Of a stretch of 64,000 nt of DNA, positions 23,732 through 37,559 are shown one piece after another. Each line of letters starts with the position of its first letter. Positions within the stretch are counted from its first letter, which is position 1. Source of the stretch: Blepharisma stoltei ATCC 30299 (taxonomy: Eukaryota; Protista; Ciliophora); contig CBFDEM010000044.1 of NCBI GenBank assembly GCA_965603825.1, forward strand, positions 620,001 to 684,000. The letters run 5' to 3'. Below the pieces are notes generated by a model. It was not told the origin of the DNA and did not search any database. It saw nothing but the letters and a program-made list of their open reading frames with translations. Position numbers and translations under genes: made by a program.

Positions 23732-24987
23732 TTATTTCTGAATCATCATTAATTCTAAACTCTTCATATCAAATTTATATATTCTACAATTATTGTCAAT
23801 AAAATAGCAACTTTGATTGAAATAAACTTGGTATGCTGCTCTGTGGTAAAAGCTAATCTGCGATGCTCCTATAATTTTCCAATTGCTTAGTTGATTTGGA
23901 TCGCTTTCATATATATTTTTTGAGGATTCGATTAAAAATACTTGATTTTCTGCCTGGAGCAAGACTTTATGAGTATCAACTGTAAAATTGTGATAAATTT
24001 CATTATAAATATCTTGCATATGATTGTATGAATATAATTTGCTACTTCGATAGCCAACAAATGCAATTCCATAATTTCCTTCAACGCATGAAACTAGACT
24101 AAGAATTTCCTTCTGAGGACAAATTTTATACCACTTATCAGTTGATAGCTCATATTTGCTGCTTCATTCCATGCATCACCTGAAGCATTTCATCCACCGA
24201 ATAAGTAAATAAAGCCATCATGATACACAGCACCCATACATGATGACGGATCTCCATCTGAAAGCTGTTTAATAGTGTTATCTGGGTGTAATATAAATGC
24301 TGTTGGAGATGCAGGATAATTACCATAGCAAAATATAGATTTATCAGGAAGAAGACACATAGAAATGCAATGAGGATAATTAACATTGTTTTGGAGAATG
24401 CCTATTTGCTGCTCAGACTTTGAAAAATTGGTCAAATTTACTCGAACTGAGTTTTTTGTGTTAGACCTAAAATATCAATTTCATAGTTTTCAACTGAATT
24501 GATTCTATTATTTCTTGTTGAATTCAAAATCGGAACGATTAAAACTGCACACAAACTCTTTCAATTTTTTTCGGGCACTATCTAGATCTAAGCTTAATAG
24601 TTCTTCAAATGGAGTTCGATTTATTTTTGGTATTTTTTTTATTGAGTCAATCTTTCTAATTAAATAAACCTGATTCAGTTTTATTTTATTGATATGTTTT
24701 AGCGCCTCAATAAGTGTTAATTCTAATTCTTGCAATTTCTTATATGTATCTTTGATTAAGTTTTCTTTTATATCATGCAATTCTTTTGAAAATTTAAGCA
24801 GTTCTTCAATTAGAGCTTCTTTATATTATTGATTTAGTTTTAATTCTAAGTATTCAAAGTTGTGCTGTTCGATAGAAGGTGATTGAACATGTTCAGACAT
24901 GTGGATTTTGCAAGAGTAGCAGGCAGGATTAACACATTTGCAGAAAGCTTTGACTTTATTTTTGCATCCTTGCTTTCAGCATTCCAT
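23732..24987 (-). pseudogene. Family 1 copy C (premature TAA, frameshift)
   Basis: Full-length homology; in-frame TAA near 24828 and at 24510-24508, plus a frameshift near 24475. Confidence 0.85.
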
Positions 24988-26549
24988 GATTAAGATAGAT
25001 TTATAAATGCATGAAAATGAAAAGATTAATAAGAAAAATTGTATTTTTAAACATTTGAATATAATTTATCTAAAAGAAAATTAAGCATCTATAAAATACT
25101 CAAGACTAAAACCGTTTTGGTTTTAAAATAGATAATAATTATATAAGCACCAAAAGCAGTTGCTCAATATCTACGCTGGTTTTTCATTTCTCTTGATATT
25201 CCTCAAATTTACAATAAAAGTGGTACCTATTATTTATATTAAAAATTGATATTAGTTTTGGCATAAACTCATGAAGAAAGAGAGCGACTGAAATACCTAG
25301 AACAATTATTTATGATTAAAACAGAGCTTAATAAAGCTGCACTTTAGTAGGCATGTTAATATAGCCATTTGTTTTGGCATATAAAGGGAAATTATTATTT
25401 GTAGGCTTATATTTGCTTCACACGTAGGAATATGTCTCGACGTGTGATTCCTCCCAAAATTATGCCATGCATAATATTATTTCTTTGTAGAAAAGATGGA
25501 TGAGTGGCTTAATTTTTAAACGAATGCTAGAATCTACAACTCAAAAAATAATGCTGATTTTGAATCCAATTGGAGTATTTTAATAGCAAAACCTCCAGAG
25601 TTTGGAGCAAATAGATTTTACTAATCTTTATAAAAACAAAGAATTTGAGTAAGGTATTCTACTCAACTTATGTAACTGGAAGAATGTCTAGAATAAGAAA
25701 TGCATGCGAATTTAAAGGAGGCATGAGAAGAAATTGTGGTATCAAATTTTTTATTGCATTTTTTGAAGCTTTAGAAGAGAGATAAAAAACTTTTTTAAAA
25801 GAATATTTGCACTCTAAAACAACACACTTTATAATTCAAATAATGCGGAAAATTAGTCAAATCTACACAGAGTTTTGCTTTGATCATTATCAAAGCTCTT
25901 GATTGGCAATAAATCTTTGATTTAATCACTATTGATGGCTGGGGGAGATTTATAATGAAGGCAATTTTAAAAATTAATGTAGGATGAAACTGATAAAAAC
26001 TTATTTGAATGTGCTTGTGGAAATTCAATAGTTATAAGACTCTTCTTGGTATCTCCTAAAAGATTGCCAATTGACCCCGTTATCACATCTAAAACAAGTA
26101 TCCTCGCCAAATCTTAAAAATAAATCACCATCTTTAACTTTTCATGAAATTTTCTTTAATTCATTGACTCAGGAAGTATGACTAAATTAGATTTCACAGT
26201 CTCAAGCTGCTCGGAATTACTATAAAGGCAGTTTCTATGCACTTTTATCGCATATTGACTTCCACAATTCGATTAGAACTTATTTTAATTGTAGGTGCCT
26301 TTTTTCATGTAGCAGAATCACTAATTCCATGAAGAAAACGCTTTGAGCAGAGCGAAGAAAATTAATCTCTTTAGGTAATCAAATTTGTCCCTTTAAGAAT
26401 TCTTCTACTTTTGAAGATTTTGGTTAATAAACAAATTCTAATATCCCTCAGAAATCGTTATCAGTCACATTCCAAATTTATCTAAAAGTAAATGACTAAA
26501 CCATCTTAAATCTCTATAGCAAAATTTACTAGAAAGAAGGTTTCACACT

Positions 26550-26920
26550 GGAACACTGCCTATAGGTAAAAAGTTTCATATATAATTTTAATTCCACGAT
26601 ATGCTCCTAAAACCCTAATTTATTCTCCAACAAAATTAAGACCATGATGAAGCATAATAAAGCTATCATAGATCCCAAACTTCCACATACACAATGCATC
26701 ATGAGAAATATCGCTTTACCGTGATTTCAAAGTAGTCATTTAGATCTTTCATTTTTGGCCAGTAGAAATTGCCATAGTTGAAACTAGGAAAAAGAGTTTG
26801 GATGAAGAATGCAATCGATTTAAGAAATCCTAAAGCTCTTGACAGATAATTACTGAAGATATATGAATCAAAACAATCGTAAATACAAAAGCTAAATTAG
26901 AGAGGATCAAACATTCTTTA
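26550..26920 (-). pseudogene. TLC-gene 5' relic downstream of copy D
   Basis: Matches the GGGATCTATGATAACTTTATTATGCTT and RIVSFIHG regions of 50553..51274. Boundaries approximate. Confidence 0.65.
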
Positions 26921-26989
26921 TAATAGTAAATATCAGGTTTAAATTAATAATAAACTTTGCTTAGATTTTTCATTAAAAAATATTACTTT

Positions 26990-27131
26990 ATGAAAATAAA
27001 TTTAGTTAATTGTGAAAATATAACAAATTAATTTTACAAATTATTTCTATTGATGCTAAAATGAAAATAAATTTAGTCAATTGCGAAAATATAACAAATT
27101 AATTTTACAAATTATTTCTATTGATGCTGAA
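26990..27131. repeat. Near-perfect 71-bp tandem duplication in the 3' flank of copy D
   Basis: ATGAAAATAAATTTAGT..TTGATGCT(A/G)AA at 26990-27060 and 27061-27131. Confidence 0.8.
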
Positions 27132-27160
27132 ATGCAAATAATTTTAAGGAAATTGATTTA

Positions 27161-28092
27161 TTATACCTTCTTCATCGTTAATTGTAAGCTTTTTATATCA
27201 AATTTATATATTTTACAATCCCTGTCCATGAAATAGCAACTTTGATTGCAATAAAATTGGTATGCTATTCTGCAATGGCAGCTAATCTGCGATACTCCTA
27301 TAGTTTTCCAATTGCTCAGTTGATACAGCTCACTTTCATATATATATTTTGAGGATTCAATTAAAAATACTCTATTTTCTGCCTGGAGCAAAACTTTTAG
27401 AGTATTAGCTGCAAAGTTGAGATGAATTTCATTATAAGTATCTTGCTTATGATAATATAAATATATTTTGCTACTTTGATACCCAACAAATGCAATTTCA
27501 TAATTTCCTGCAATACATGAAATCAAATACAGAGCTTCCTTCAGAGGACTGATTTTATACCACTTATCAGTTGATAACTCATATTTTGCTGCTTTATTCC
27601 ATGCTTGACCTGAAGCATCTAATCCTCCAAATAAATATATAAAGCCATCATGATACGCAGCACCCATATTTCCTGACGGATCTCCATCTGAAAGCTGCTT
27701 AATATTATTAGTTGGATACAATATAAATGCTGTTCCAGATGCAGGATCATTACCATAGCAAAATATAGATTTATCAGGAAGGAGACACATAGAAATGCAA
27801 TGAGGAAGACTAACATTGTTTTCAAGAATGTCTAACTGTTGCTCAGACTTTGAAAAATTGGCTAAATTTACTCTAACTAATTTTTTTGTGCCTCCCCTAA
27901 AAAATGCAATTTCATTATTTTCAACAGCATTGATTCTGTCATTTTTGTTCAATTCAAAATCCGAACGATTAAAAGTGCACCCAAACTCTTTCAACTTTTT
28001 TCGGGCACTATCTGGATCTGAACTTAATAGCTTTTCAAGTGGATTTTGATTTGCTTTTGGTAATCTTTTTATCGAGTAAATTTTTCTAATTA
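27161..28092 (-). pseudogene. Family 1 copy D, 5'-truncated (propeller frame intact)
   Basis: Homology begins abruptly at LIRKIYSIKRLPK (~28092); the Zn module and most of the coiled coil are replaced by the upstream region of the neighbouring F-box/Rab gene. Confidence 0.8.
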
Positions 28093-28131
28093 AGCATTTA
28101 TTGTAAATAATTATAAAATTATAATAATTTA

Positions 28132-29557
28132 ATGATAAAATCTTTATTTTACATAGAAGCCAACCAGAGCACGGGAGTTTGCAAGGAATGCTCAGGAGTA
28201 ATATTAGAAGATGCATTGATGATTAGAACTAGGAAATACAATAAATTTTATTATTTTCATTTGAACTGTTATACTCTTAAAGTCAAAAAATACATTAGTA
28301 AAGATGAAATAGAGATTTGGAATTTAGACTCAGAAAATGAAAGGATTCTCGATCTATGACTAGAGAAGTGAAATAAAGATTGAACTCCTGCAGACAGAAC
28401 TGATCATATAATTCATGAAAATAAGACTCATGACAATACAGCTCCTAATAATAGCACTCCAAAAGTCTACTCAGAGCTCCCTAAAAATAGAAGGGTATGA
28501 TTAGAAGTCTTAAAATTTCTATCTCCTGAAGAAATGATTAGATCCATTTCTCAAGTCAATAATTACTTTTATCTAATCTCAAACAATGAAGAGTTATGAA
28601 AATTTTATTATTTAAAAGATTTTGGGAATATAAATTCTAATGAAACCCATTATAAGAACCAATATATTGCTCTTGCTGCAAAATGCTGTTTTTGGCTCCA
28701 TAAAATCGCAGATGAAAATAATCATCTTCTATCAATTTGCCCAAGATGCGGAATTTCTGAAATTAATCCTCAAGCTTTGAAATTGAAATTTAATATTTGG
28801 GATCGTCTCTCAAAAAAGAAATATCAAAATAAGTTAAACCCGGCAATTGAAAAATTTAATATGAAGAAGAGAAATTTAATAAGAATGATTCAAAAAAAGT
28901 TTAAGGATTATAGTCTAGCTAATTTTGCTGGAAAAGGGAAGTGTGAAGAATTTATTGATCTAGATTCTGTATATTCTTTACTAGAAATCGAATCATCATT
29001 TAGTTTCAGAGAAATAGAAATAAGAATACTTATTATTGGAGACACTGGGCTGGAGATAATTCTATTTCAGTCAATATTCTGGTAAAACTTTTACTTCTAC
29101 TTCAGGATATAACTTGAATAGTTGAAAAAGGAAAGTTAAAATGGAAAATAAAGAGATAATTATTCGATTTATAGCAGTTGGGATCCGAAGCTTCATATGC
29201 ATGCCACCTTATTTCTTTCACAGCTCTGACTGTTATATACTAGTCTTTGACATAGCATCAAGAGAAAGCTTTGATCATCTTGAGGAAATAAAAAAAAGAC
29301 TTTTAGCTTACTTGAATATAGAGCCAAATGAAGATTTCCCATTTGTGGTAATAGGGAATAAGACTAATATGGTAAGAGAAGTGCCATATGAGATGGCAAA
29401 AGAATGATGCAGAAAAAGTGGAAATATTTCAGTATTTGAGAGTTCAGCAAATGATTATATCAATATTGCTACAGCATTTGAGATGGCAGCAAAGAAAGGA
29501 GAAGAATGGCACATAAAAAAGTGATTTGAGAATTGCATCAAAAAATCCAAAAATTAA
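28132..29557 (+). pseudogene. Second PARP-ZnF/F-box/Rab fusion paralog; frameshift at the P-loop, degenerate GTPase
   Basis: CKECSGVILEDAL...FHLNC; RRVWLEVLKFLSPEEMIRSISQVNNYFYLISNNEELW; ILIIGDTG, then a frame change at ~29050-29066; SDCYILVFD, FPFVVIGNK, ESSA; stop TAA 29555-29557; no CAAX. Confidence 0.78.
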
Positions 29558-31179
29558 AAAGTAGGTAATAATAAGCATTTGAAGTACATAAGTATTATGA
29601 TTAAGATAAACTTACGGGTTTTAAAGCCAGCATCTCTCATAAAAGCAATTTAGAAATTCAAGAAAACGAATTCATAATTAAGCTAAGTATTTCTACAATT
29701 AAAGAAAAAAAATTATTTTATTGGAATTCTATATTATATTGTATAAATTTCTTATCTCAGCTGAGTTTACATTAGAAATAAAGTGAATGAAGCTTATTTT
29801 TTACTTTGCAAAATCTAATTTGATCTTTGCATTATTTAATGTTCTATTTTGGATAATGATGGCTGCGGAATCTTACTTAAAGTGTTGCACTTAGTATTCT
29901 CAAGTATATCGAAAAATTGTGTAAAAAACAAATAAAGTGTGATGTGGAGATAATTTATTTCTCTAGTGTTATGATTATATGATGCAATACTATGGCAAGT
30001 GATTGTGATGCTCTATTGCTATTATAATAGCATGATGCTATACTTTGCAATTCTGCCGTTGGTTAATGAATCGTAAGTGCGTCTTGCAAGCGAGATGCAA
30101 TAATACATCATATCATCCTAATAAAAAAAGCAAAAGAATGCTTCAAGAGCATAATCAAAAGAATTAACGTCAAATGAGTAGATTTTATTCAAGAAAAAGC
30201 TAGCATAGGACAAAAGGTTGATTTATAAAGAAAATTAGTTTTCGCGCAAGTTTAACTTGAGAAATCAAATGTGCAAATGATGCAGAAAAAATAGAATTAG
30301 GAATCCTAATTATCATAACCAAATACTATTCTCACCATTATAATTTGTTACTTTTATTACTGCTCGTTGGCTTTAGAATTAATTTCGATAAATAATTATT
30401 TTCTAAATTAACGAATTTTTTGGACTAGATCTAATCATCATTAATGCCCTGCAATAATTGAGAGCAAGCTATACTTCTTTATAATCTAATATACTAAATC
30501 TATTTTCCTTTTGATGTTCAATGCTGTATTGCTTATTTCCAACTTCCACCAGTAGAGGATTCTGAGGAGCTTCAGATGGAATTGAAGTAACTCCTTAGCA
30601 TTGAGCCGGATTCTAAGGAGCTACTGGGATATTTCGGTTTAAAAGATCACTATCCCTTATCTGACTTGACCATTTTCTAGCTAAAGGTTTATCTTCCTCA
30701 GGGGATTAGGCAGAAATTACTCTTCCATTTCTCATAAACCTAGCGTCAGACTAATACGTAGGCAAGTATAATATTTAATTTTTTTTCTAATTGAGAAATT
30801 TATAACTTTTTATAATAAGCATTAGGATAGGATATGAAAATTGCCACGTTAAATCAAAGTTTATCACGCTATACTTAATGACTTTTAGAGTTTAATTAAG
30901 ATTGAAAATTTCAGGATTTGCTCGAATATAGACTTAGATCAATAGAATAATTTATTTGAAGTGCCAAAGCCTGAATAAATCATTGATAAAGCAATTTATT
31001 GATTGATTGATTGATTATTTATTCCATCAATCTACTAGGGAATGGGCTGTAACTTCCAATTTCACGCTGGACAGCAGCCCATAGGTGCTGATAAGATATT
31101 AATTTTCAAACTCAAGCTCTCCCTTAGAAGGAAATCAAAAATAAAAATTAATTTCTTTTATTTTTAATTCCCATAAAAA

Positions 31180-31520
31180 CTCCATACATAATTTCTATTC
31201 TACATTATATTTCTGAAACCCAGTTTATTCTCCAAAAATTTTAAGACCATGATGAAGTATAATAAAGTTATCATAGATCCATACTTCCACGCACGCATTA
31301 CATAATAAATAAAATAGCCTAAAGAAATCGCAATTACCATCATTTATGTCTTCCATTCGCCAGCAGAAATCGCTATAGTTGAAACAAGTAAAAAGAGTCC
31401 ATGGATTAAGAAAACAATTGATTTAGAAATCTGATCTTTTTTTGGTAAATATTGACTACCAGAGACGCATGGATAAAAATAATTACCTATACAGAAGTTA
31501 AATTAGAAGATCAACAATGC
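31180..31520 (-). pseudogene. TLC-gene 5' relic downstream of copy E
   Basis: Same relic sequence (AAAATAGCCTAAAGAAATCGC; reverse reads VIAISLGYF). Boundaries approximate. Confidence 0.65.
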
Positions 31521-31712
31521 TTTATAATAGTAAATATTTTATTTTTAGGAAATTAATAATCCGCTTTGCTTAGCTTTTTGACTTTAAAATTTGTATTAAA
31601 AATATTAAACTTTGAAAATCAATTTGATCAATCATGAAAATATAATAAATTAATATTACCAGTTATTTGTTCTGATGCTAAAACTAAATTAAATTATGGA
31701 AATTTTAATTAA

Positions 31713-32963
31713 TTATACCTGAGTCATCGTCAATTGTAAGCTGTTCATATCAAATTTATATACTTTACAATCTCTGTCCATGAAATAGCATCTTTGATTG
31801 AAATAAACTTGATATGCTGCTCTCCCATAGCTAATCCTCGATGTTCCTATATTTTTCCAATTGCTTAGTTGATTTGGCTCACTTTCATATATATTGTACG
31901 AGGATTCGATTAAAAATAATCGATTTTCTGCTTGCATCAAGACTTTGTTAATATTAACTGCAAAGTTGAGATAAATTTCACTATAAATATCTTGCTTGTG
32001 GTTATATAAATATAGTTTACTACTTTCATAGCTAATAAATGCGATTCCATAATTTCCTGCGATACATGAAATACGACTTAGATTTTGGTTCAGAGGGCAA
32101 ACTTTGTACCACCTATCAGTTGATAGCTCATATTTTGCTGCTTTATTCCATGCCTTACCTTTAGCTTTTCACCCTCCAAATAAGTAAATAAAGTCATCAT
32201 GATAAACAGCGCCCATACCTCTTGATGGATCTCCATCTGATAGCTGTTTAATCGTGTTATCTGGATACAATATAAATGCTGTTCCGGATGAAGGATAATT
32301 GCCATAGCAAAATATAGACTTATCAGGAAGAAGACACATAGAAATATTATTATGACTTGCATTGTTTTGAAAAATGTCTATCTGCTGCTCAGACTTTGAA
32401 AAATTAGTCAAATTTACTCTAACCGAGTTTTTTGTACCTCCCCTAAAAAATACAATTTCATTGTTTTCAACAGCATCAGTTCTGTCATTTTTGTTCACTT
32501 CAAAATCGGAACGATTAAAACTGCATCCAAACTCATTCAGCTTTTTTCGGGCACTTTCTGGATCTAAACTTAATAGCCTTTCAAGTGGATTTGGATTTAT
32601 TTTTGGTAATTTTTTTACCGAGTCAATCTTTCGAATTAAATCGGCTTGGTTTAGTCTTATTTGTTCAATGTTTTCTAGTGCTTTGATAAGTGAAAATTCT
32701 AATTCTTCTATTTTCTTATATGTATCTTTGATTAGGTCTTCTTTTATATCAAGCAATTCTTTTGATAATTTATGCAGTTCTTCAATTAGGGCTTCCTTAT
32801 ATTTTTGATTTGGTTTTAATTTTAAGGGTTCAAGCTTGTGCTCTTCAAAAGAAGCTGCTTGAACATGCTTAGAAATGTGGATTTTGCAAGAGTAGAGGAC
32901 AGGATCCACACATTTGCAGAGAACTTTGACTTTATTTTTGCATCCTTCCTTTCAGCATTCCAT
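31713..32963 (-). CDS. Family 1 copy E, intact 416 aa (Zn module-coiled coil-Kelch-like propeller)
   Basis: MECWKEGCKNKVKVLCKC...C..H...H through to TAA with only TGA inside; Kelch-like GFIYLFGG...AAKYEL..DRW and SIFCYG motifs. Confidence 0.85.
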
Positions 32964-33019
32964 TATTAAGCAAAGCTTATTATTAATTTAAACTTAGAAA
33001 TTAAATATTTGCTATTATA

Positions 33020-33620
33020 AATCATGGTTAATCCTTTGCGTATAGCTCTTCTTTTAGCTCCTGTATAGGCAATCGTGTTTATCGCCGCATCTCTGGTAAT
33101 CAATATAGCAAATTGTTTCCTTTATCTATGGGCTCTATTTACTTGCCCTACCACATGGCAATTTGACGGCACGACGAATGTAAAACCTAAATTACGGTTT
33201 GAAATTTTCGGCAATTGAGATTTATTTAGCGATTATATGTAAGAATGGATTAGAAACTTCAGCAAAAAAAGTTTTATATATAATTTCAATTGTACTGAAT
33301 ACCCGTTAATTCTCCAACAATTGTAAGACCATAATGAAGCATAATAAAGTTATAATAGATCCCAAATTTTCTCATATGCAATGCATCATAAATAAAATAG
33401 CCTAAATCGCTATTACCAAAATTTCAAAGTCGCCATTTAGGTCTCCTATTGGCTAGTAGTAATTTCCATTGCAATTAAAGCAAGTAAAATAGTCTATGGA
33501 TGAAAAAACAATAGATTTCAGAAATCCCAAAGCTCTTTGGTATGCAAATTTGTATTGACTACCAGAGATGCATGGATTAAAACAATTGTAAAAACAGTAG
33601 CTAGATTAGAGGATCAACCA
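33020..33620. pseudogene. Tail-to-tail pair of TLC relics (inversion junction near 33230)
   Basis: A plus-strand relic abuts a minus-strand relic; a near-identical block lies at ~58370-58960. Confidence 0.65.
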
Positions 33621-33789
33621 TTTTTTAGTAGTAAATATATATTTTCAGGTTTAAATTAATAATAAGCTTTGCTTACTCTTGAATTTTGAATTTTTATTAG
33701 ATTTTAAATTTTAAAAATAATAAACTAAATACAGTAAATTATTTGTCTTGATTCTAAAAAGCAAATTAAATTATGGAAATTTTGATTCA

Positions 33790-34903
33790 TTATACCTGAG
33801 TCATCGTTAATTGTAAGCTCTTCATATCAAATTTATATAGTTTATCATTAATGTCCATGAAATAGCAACTTTGATTGAAATAAACTTGATATGCTGCTCT
33901 ATAACTATAGCTAATCTGCGATCTTCCTATAGTTTTCCAATTTCTTAGTTGATTTGGTTTGCTTTCATATATGTTTCTTCCTGATTCGATTAAAAATACT
34001 CGATTTTCGGCCTGGAGCATGACTTTATCAGTATTTGCTGCAAAGTTGAGATAAATTTCATTATAAATATCTTGCTTATGATTATATAAATATAGTTTGC
34101 TACTTTTATACCCAACAAATGCGATTCCATAATTGCCTGCAATACATGAAACGCGGCTTAGATCTTCCTTCAGAGGGCAAATTTTATACCACTTATCAGT
34201 TGATAGCTCATATTTTGCTGCTTTATTCCATGTCTTACCTTTAGCATTAGATCCTCCAAATAAGTAAATAAAGCCATCATGATACACAGCACCCATGTTT
34301 GATGACGGATCTCCATCTGAAAGCAGTTTAATACTGCTATCTGGATACAATATAAATGCTGTCCCTTCTCCAGGATAATTGCCATAACAAAATATAGATT
34401 TATCAGGAAGAAGACACATAGAAATAGCAGCAGAATGACTAACATTGTTTTGAAGAATGCGTATCTGTTGCTCAGACTTTGAAAAATTTGCCAAATTAAT
34501 TCTAACTGAGTTTTTTGTACCTGCCCTAAAAAATACAATTTCATTGTTTTCAGAAACATCGGCTCTATCACTTTTATTCAATTCAAAATCTGAACGATTA
34601 AAACTGCAAAAAATTGACAAGCACAGATTTAATTTAAAAATTAAAACAGATGGTCAATAATGATTTACTAAAATACTGGGGCTATATATCAAGCAATTCT
34701 TTTGATAATTTATGCAGCTCTTCAATTAGGGCCTCTTTATATTCTTGATTTGGCTTTAATTCTAAGGGTTCAAGCTTGTGCTCTACAATAGAAGGAGCTT
34801 GAGCATGCTTAGAAGCATGGATTTTGCAAGAGTAGAGGGTAGGTTCCACACATTTGCAGAAAACTTTGACTTTATTTTTGCATCCTCGCTTTCAGCATTC
34901 CAT
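33790..34903 (-). pseudogene. Family 1 copy F; coiled coil deleted and replaced by ~75 bp of unrelated filler
   Basis: N-terminal frame ends LLDI-TAG at ~34684; filler 34610-34684; the propeller frame 33790..34608 is open. Confidence 0.82.
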
Positions 34904-35510
34904 GATTAAGATAAATTTACATATTCAACAAAATGTCTAATAAAAATCATTGTATTCTTAAACACTTCAATATAATTTGCTTAAAAGAAAATTGAGAATC
35001 TATAAAATATGCAAGAATTACTAAAATTGTTTTAGTTTTAAAATAGATAATAATCATTAATCATCAAAAGATTTTAATTCAATGTTTCTGCTTGATTTTT
35101 CATTTCTTTTGATATATCAAAATTCACAATAATAGATCCCGAACTTCCACACACAATGTATAATAAATAAAAGAATCTAAAGAAATTGCAATTACTGTAT
35201 TTTAAAGTCGTCATTTAGGTTTTTCCTTTCGCCAGTCAGTAGGATTTATCATAGTTGAAAAAAGGAAAAAGAGTCCATGGAGGAAGAAATTATCGTAGGC
35301 ATTTCACCAAGATGCACAGGATAAATGGTTGTCTACAGCTACTAAATTAAAGGATCAACCATGCTTTATAATAGTAAATATTTGCTTTTCAGGATTAAAT
35401 TAATTATAAACTTTCATTAGGTCTTTACTTTAAAATTTTTTATTGAAAATATTTTGCAAGCTATTTATGCTGATGCTGAAAAGAAATTAAATTATGGAAA
35501 TTTTAATTTA

Positions 35511-36764
35511 TTATAGCTGAGTCATCGTTAATTCTAAGCTCTTCATATCAAATTTATATATTCTGCAATCCCTGTCCATGAAATAGCAACTTTGATTAAA
35601 GTAAACTTGGCATGCTGCTCTCTCACTATACCTAATCTGCGATGCTCCTATAATTTCCCAATTTCATAGTTGAATTGGCTCACTTTCATATATATTTTTG
35701 GAGCTTTCAATTAAAAATACTCGATTTTCTGCCTGGAGCAAAACTTTGTAAGTAAAAGCTGTAAAGTTGAGAAAAATTTCATTATAAATATCTTGCTTAT
35801 GATTATATGAATATAGTTTGTTACTTTGATACCCAACAAATGCGATTCCATAATTGCCTGCAATACATGAAACTAGACTTAGATTTTGATTTAGAGGACA
35901 AATTTTATACTAGTTATCAGTTGATAGCTCATATTTTGTTGCTTGATTCCATGGATTACCATAAGCATTTCATCCTCCAAATAAATAAATAAAGCCATCA
36001 TGATACACAGTACCCATACCTCCTGACGGATTTCCATCTGAAAGCTGTTTAATAGTGCTATTTGGATACAATATAAATGCTGTTCCTTCTCCAGGATAAT
36101 TGCCATAGCAAAATATAGATTTATCAGGAAGAAGACACATAGAAATAACATCAGAAAGACTAGCATTGTTTTGAAGAATGCCTATCGTCTGCTCAGACTT
36201 TGAAAAATCGGGCAAGTTTACTCTAATTGAGTTTTTTGTATTAGCCCTAAAAAATACAATTTCATTATTTTCAACATCGATTCTATCGTTTTTGTTCAAT
36301 TCAAAATCCGAACGATTAAAATTGCACCCAAACTCATTCAATTTTTTTCGAGCACTGTCTGGATCTAAGGTTAATAGCTTTTCAAGTGGATTTTGATTTA
36401 TTTTTGGTAATTTTTTAATTGAATAAATCTTTCTAATTAGATCCACTTGATTTATTCTAATTTTTTCAATATTTTCTAGTGCTTTAGCAAGTGAAAGTCT
36501 TAATTCTTGTATTTTCTTATATGTGTCTTTGATTAAGTTTTATTTTATATCAAGCAATTCTTTTGATAATTTATGCAGCTCTTCAATTAGGGCTTCCTTA
36601 TATTTTTGATTTGGTTCCAAGTTTAATTGTTCAAACTCGTGTTTATTAATCGAAGCAGCTTTATGATGCTTGTACATGTGAATTTCACAAGAGCAAAGGG
36701 GAGGATCCACACATTTGCAGAAAACTTTAACTTTATTTTTGCATCCTTGCTTTCAGCATTCCAT
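35511..36764 (-). pseudogene. Family 1 copy G with a nonsense change
   Basis: Full length and in frame, but GAA>TAA at 36542-36540. Confidence 0.8.
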
Positions 36765-37559
36765 GATTATTAAGATAAATTTATAGATTCATAAAGATGA
36801 TTAATAAAAATTTTTAATCATTTGAATATAATTTACCTAAAAGAAAATTAGGAATCTATAAATATGAAAGATTTATTAAAATTGTTTATTTAAGCATCAA
36901 AAGCATTTCAATAATTCCACTTTATTTTTCATCTCCCTTAATCTCCCTATTCACAGTAAAAAGTAAGCAAAAATCCTCTATGTCTTTTATTCAGAATATC
37001 ACTTGATTTTGACAGAATGGTATAATACTCTTCCTGGTATACTCCTAAAAGCATGTTCCATATATTTTTGAAGCTCCAATTAATTCTCCAACAGCTTTAA
37101 GACCAGGAGGAAGAATAATAAGTTATCATAGATTCCAAACTTCCATATACATACCAAATAGCCTCAAGAAATAGCAATTACTGTAATTTCAAAGTCGTCA
37201 TTTAGGTCTTCAATTCGCCTGCCAATAGAAATTGCTATAGTTGAAAGAAGTAAAAAGAGCTCATGAATGAAGAAAGCAATATATATCAGAAATCACAAAG
37301 CTCTTTAGCAGGTAAATTACCAGAGATGCATGGATAAAAACGATGTCGATACAGAAGCTAAATAAGAGATCAACCATTTTTACAATAGTAATTATTTAAT
37401 TTTTAGGTTTATATGAATGGTAAACTTTGACTTGAAAATTTATATTAAAAATATTTTACTTTAAAATCAATTTCTAAATTGTGAAAATATAACAAATTAA
37501 TATTAGAAATTATTTATTTTAATGCTATAAAGTAATTAAATTATAGAAATTTTAATTTA

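Noticed and set aside
25700-26540. Possible gene on the minus strand (track ORF 25795..26028)
   Set aside because: The minus-strand frames I read contain TAA/TAG and no recognisable motif; at most an unidentifiable decayed duplicate shared with ~63600-63925.
28093-28216. N-terminal 40 aa of track ORF 27161..28216 as a signal peptide
   Set aside because: It is the antisense of the neighbouring F-box/Rab gene start and its AT-rich leader; the frame is open by chance across a truncation junction.
29860-30300. Possible Cys/Trp-rich small gene
   Set aside because: No consistent start, frame or motif; cannot be supported.
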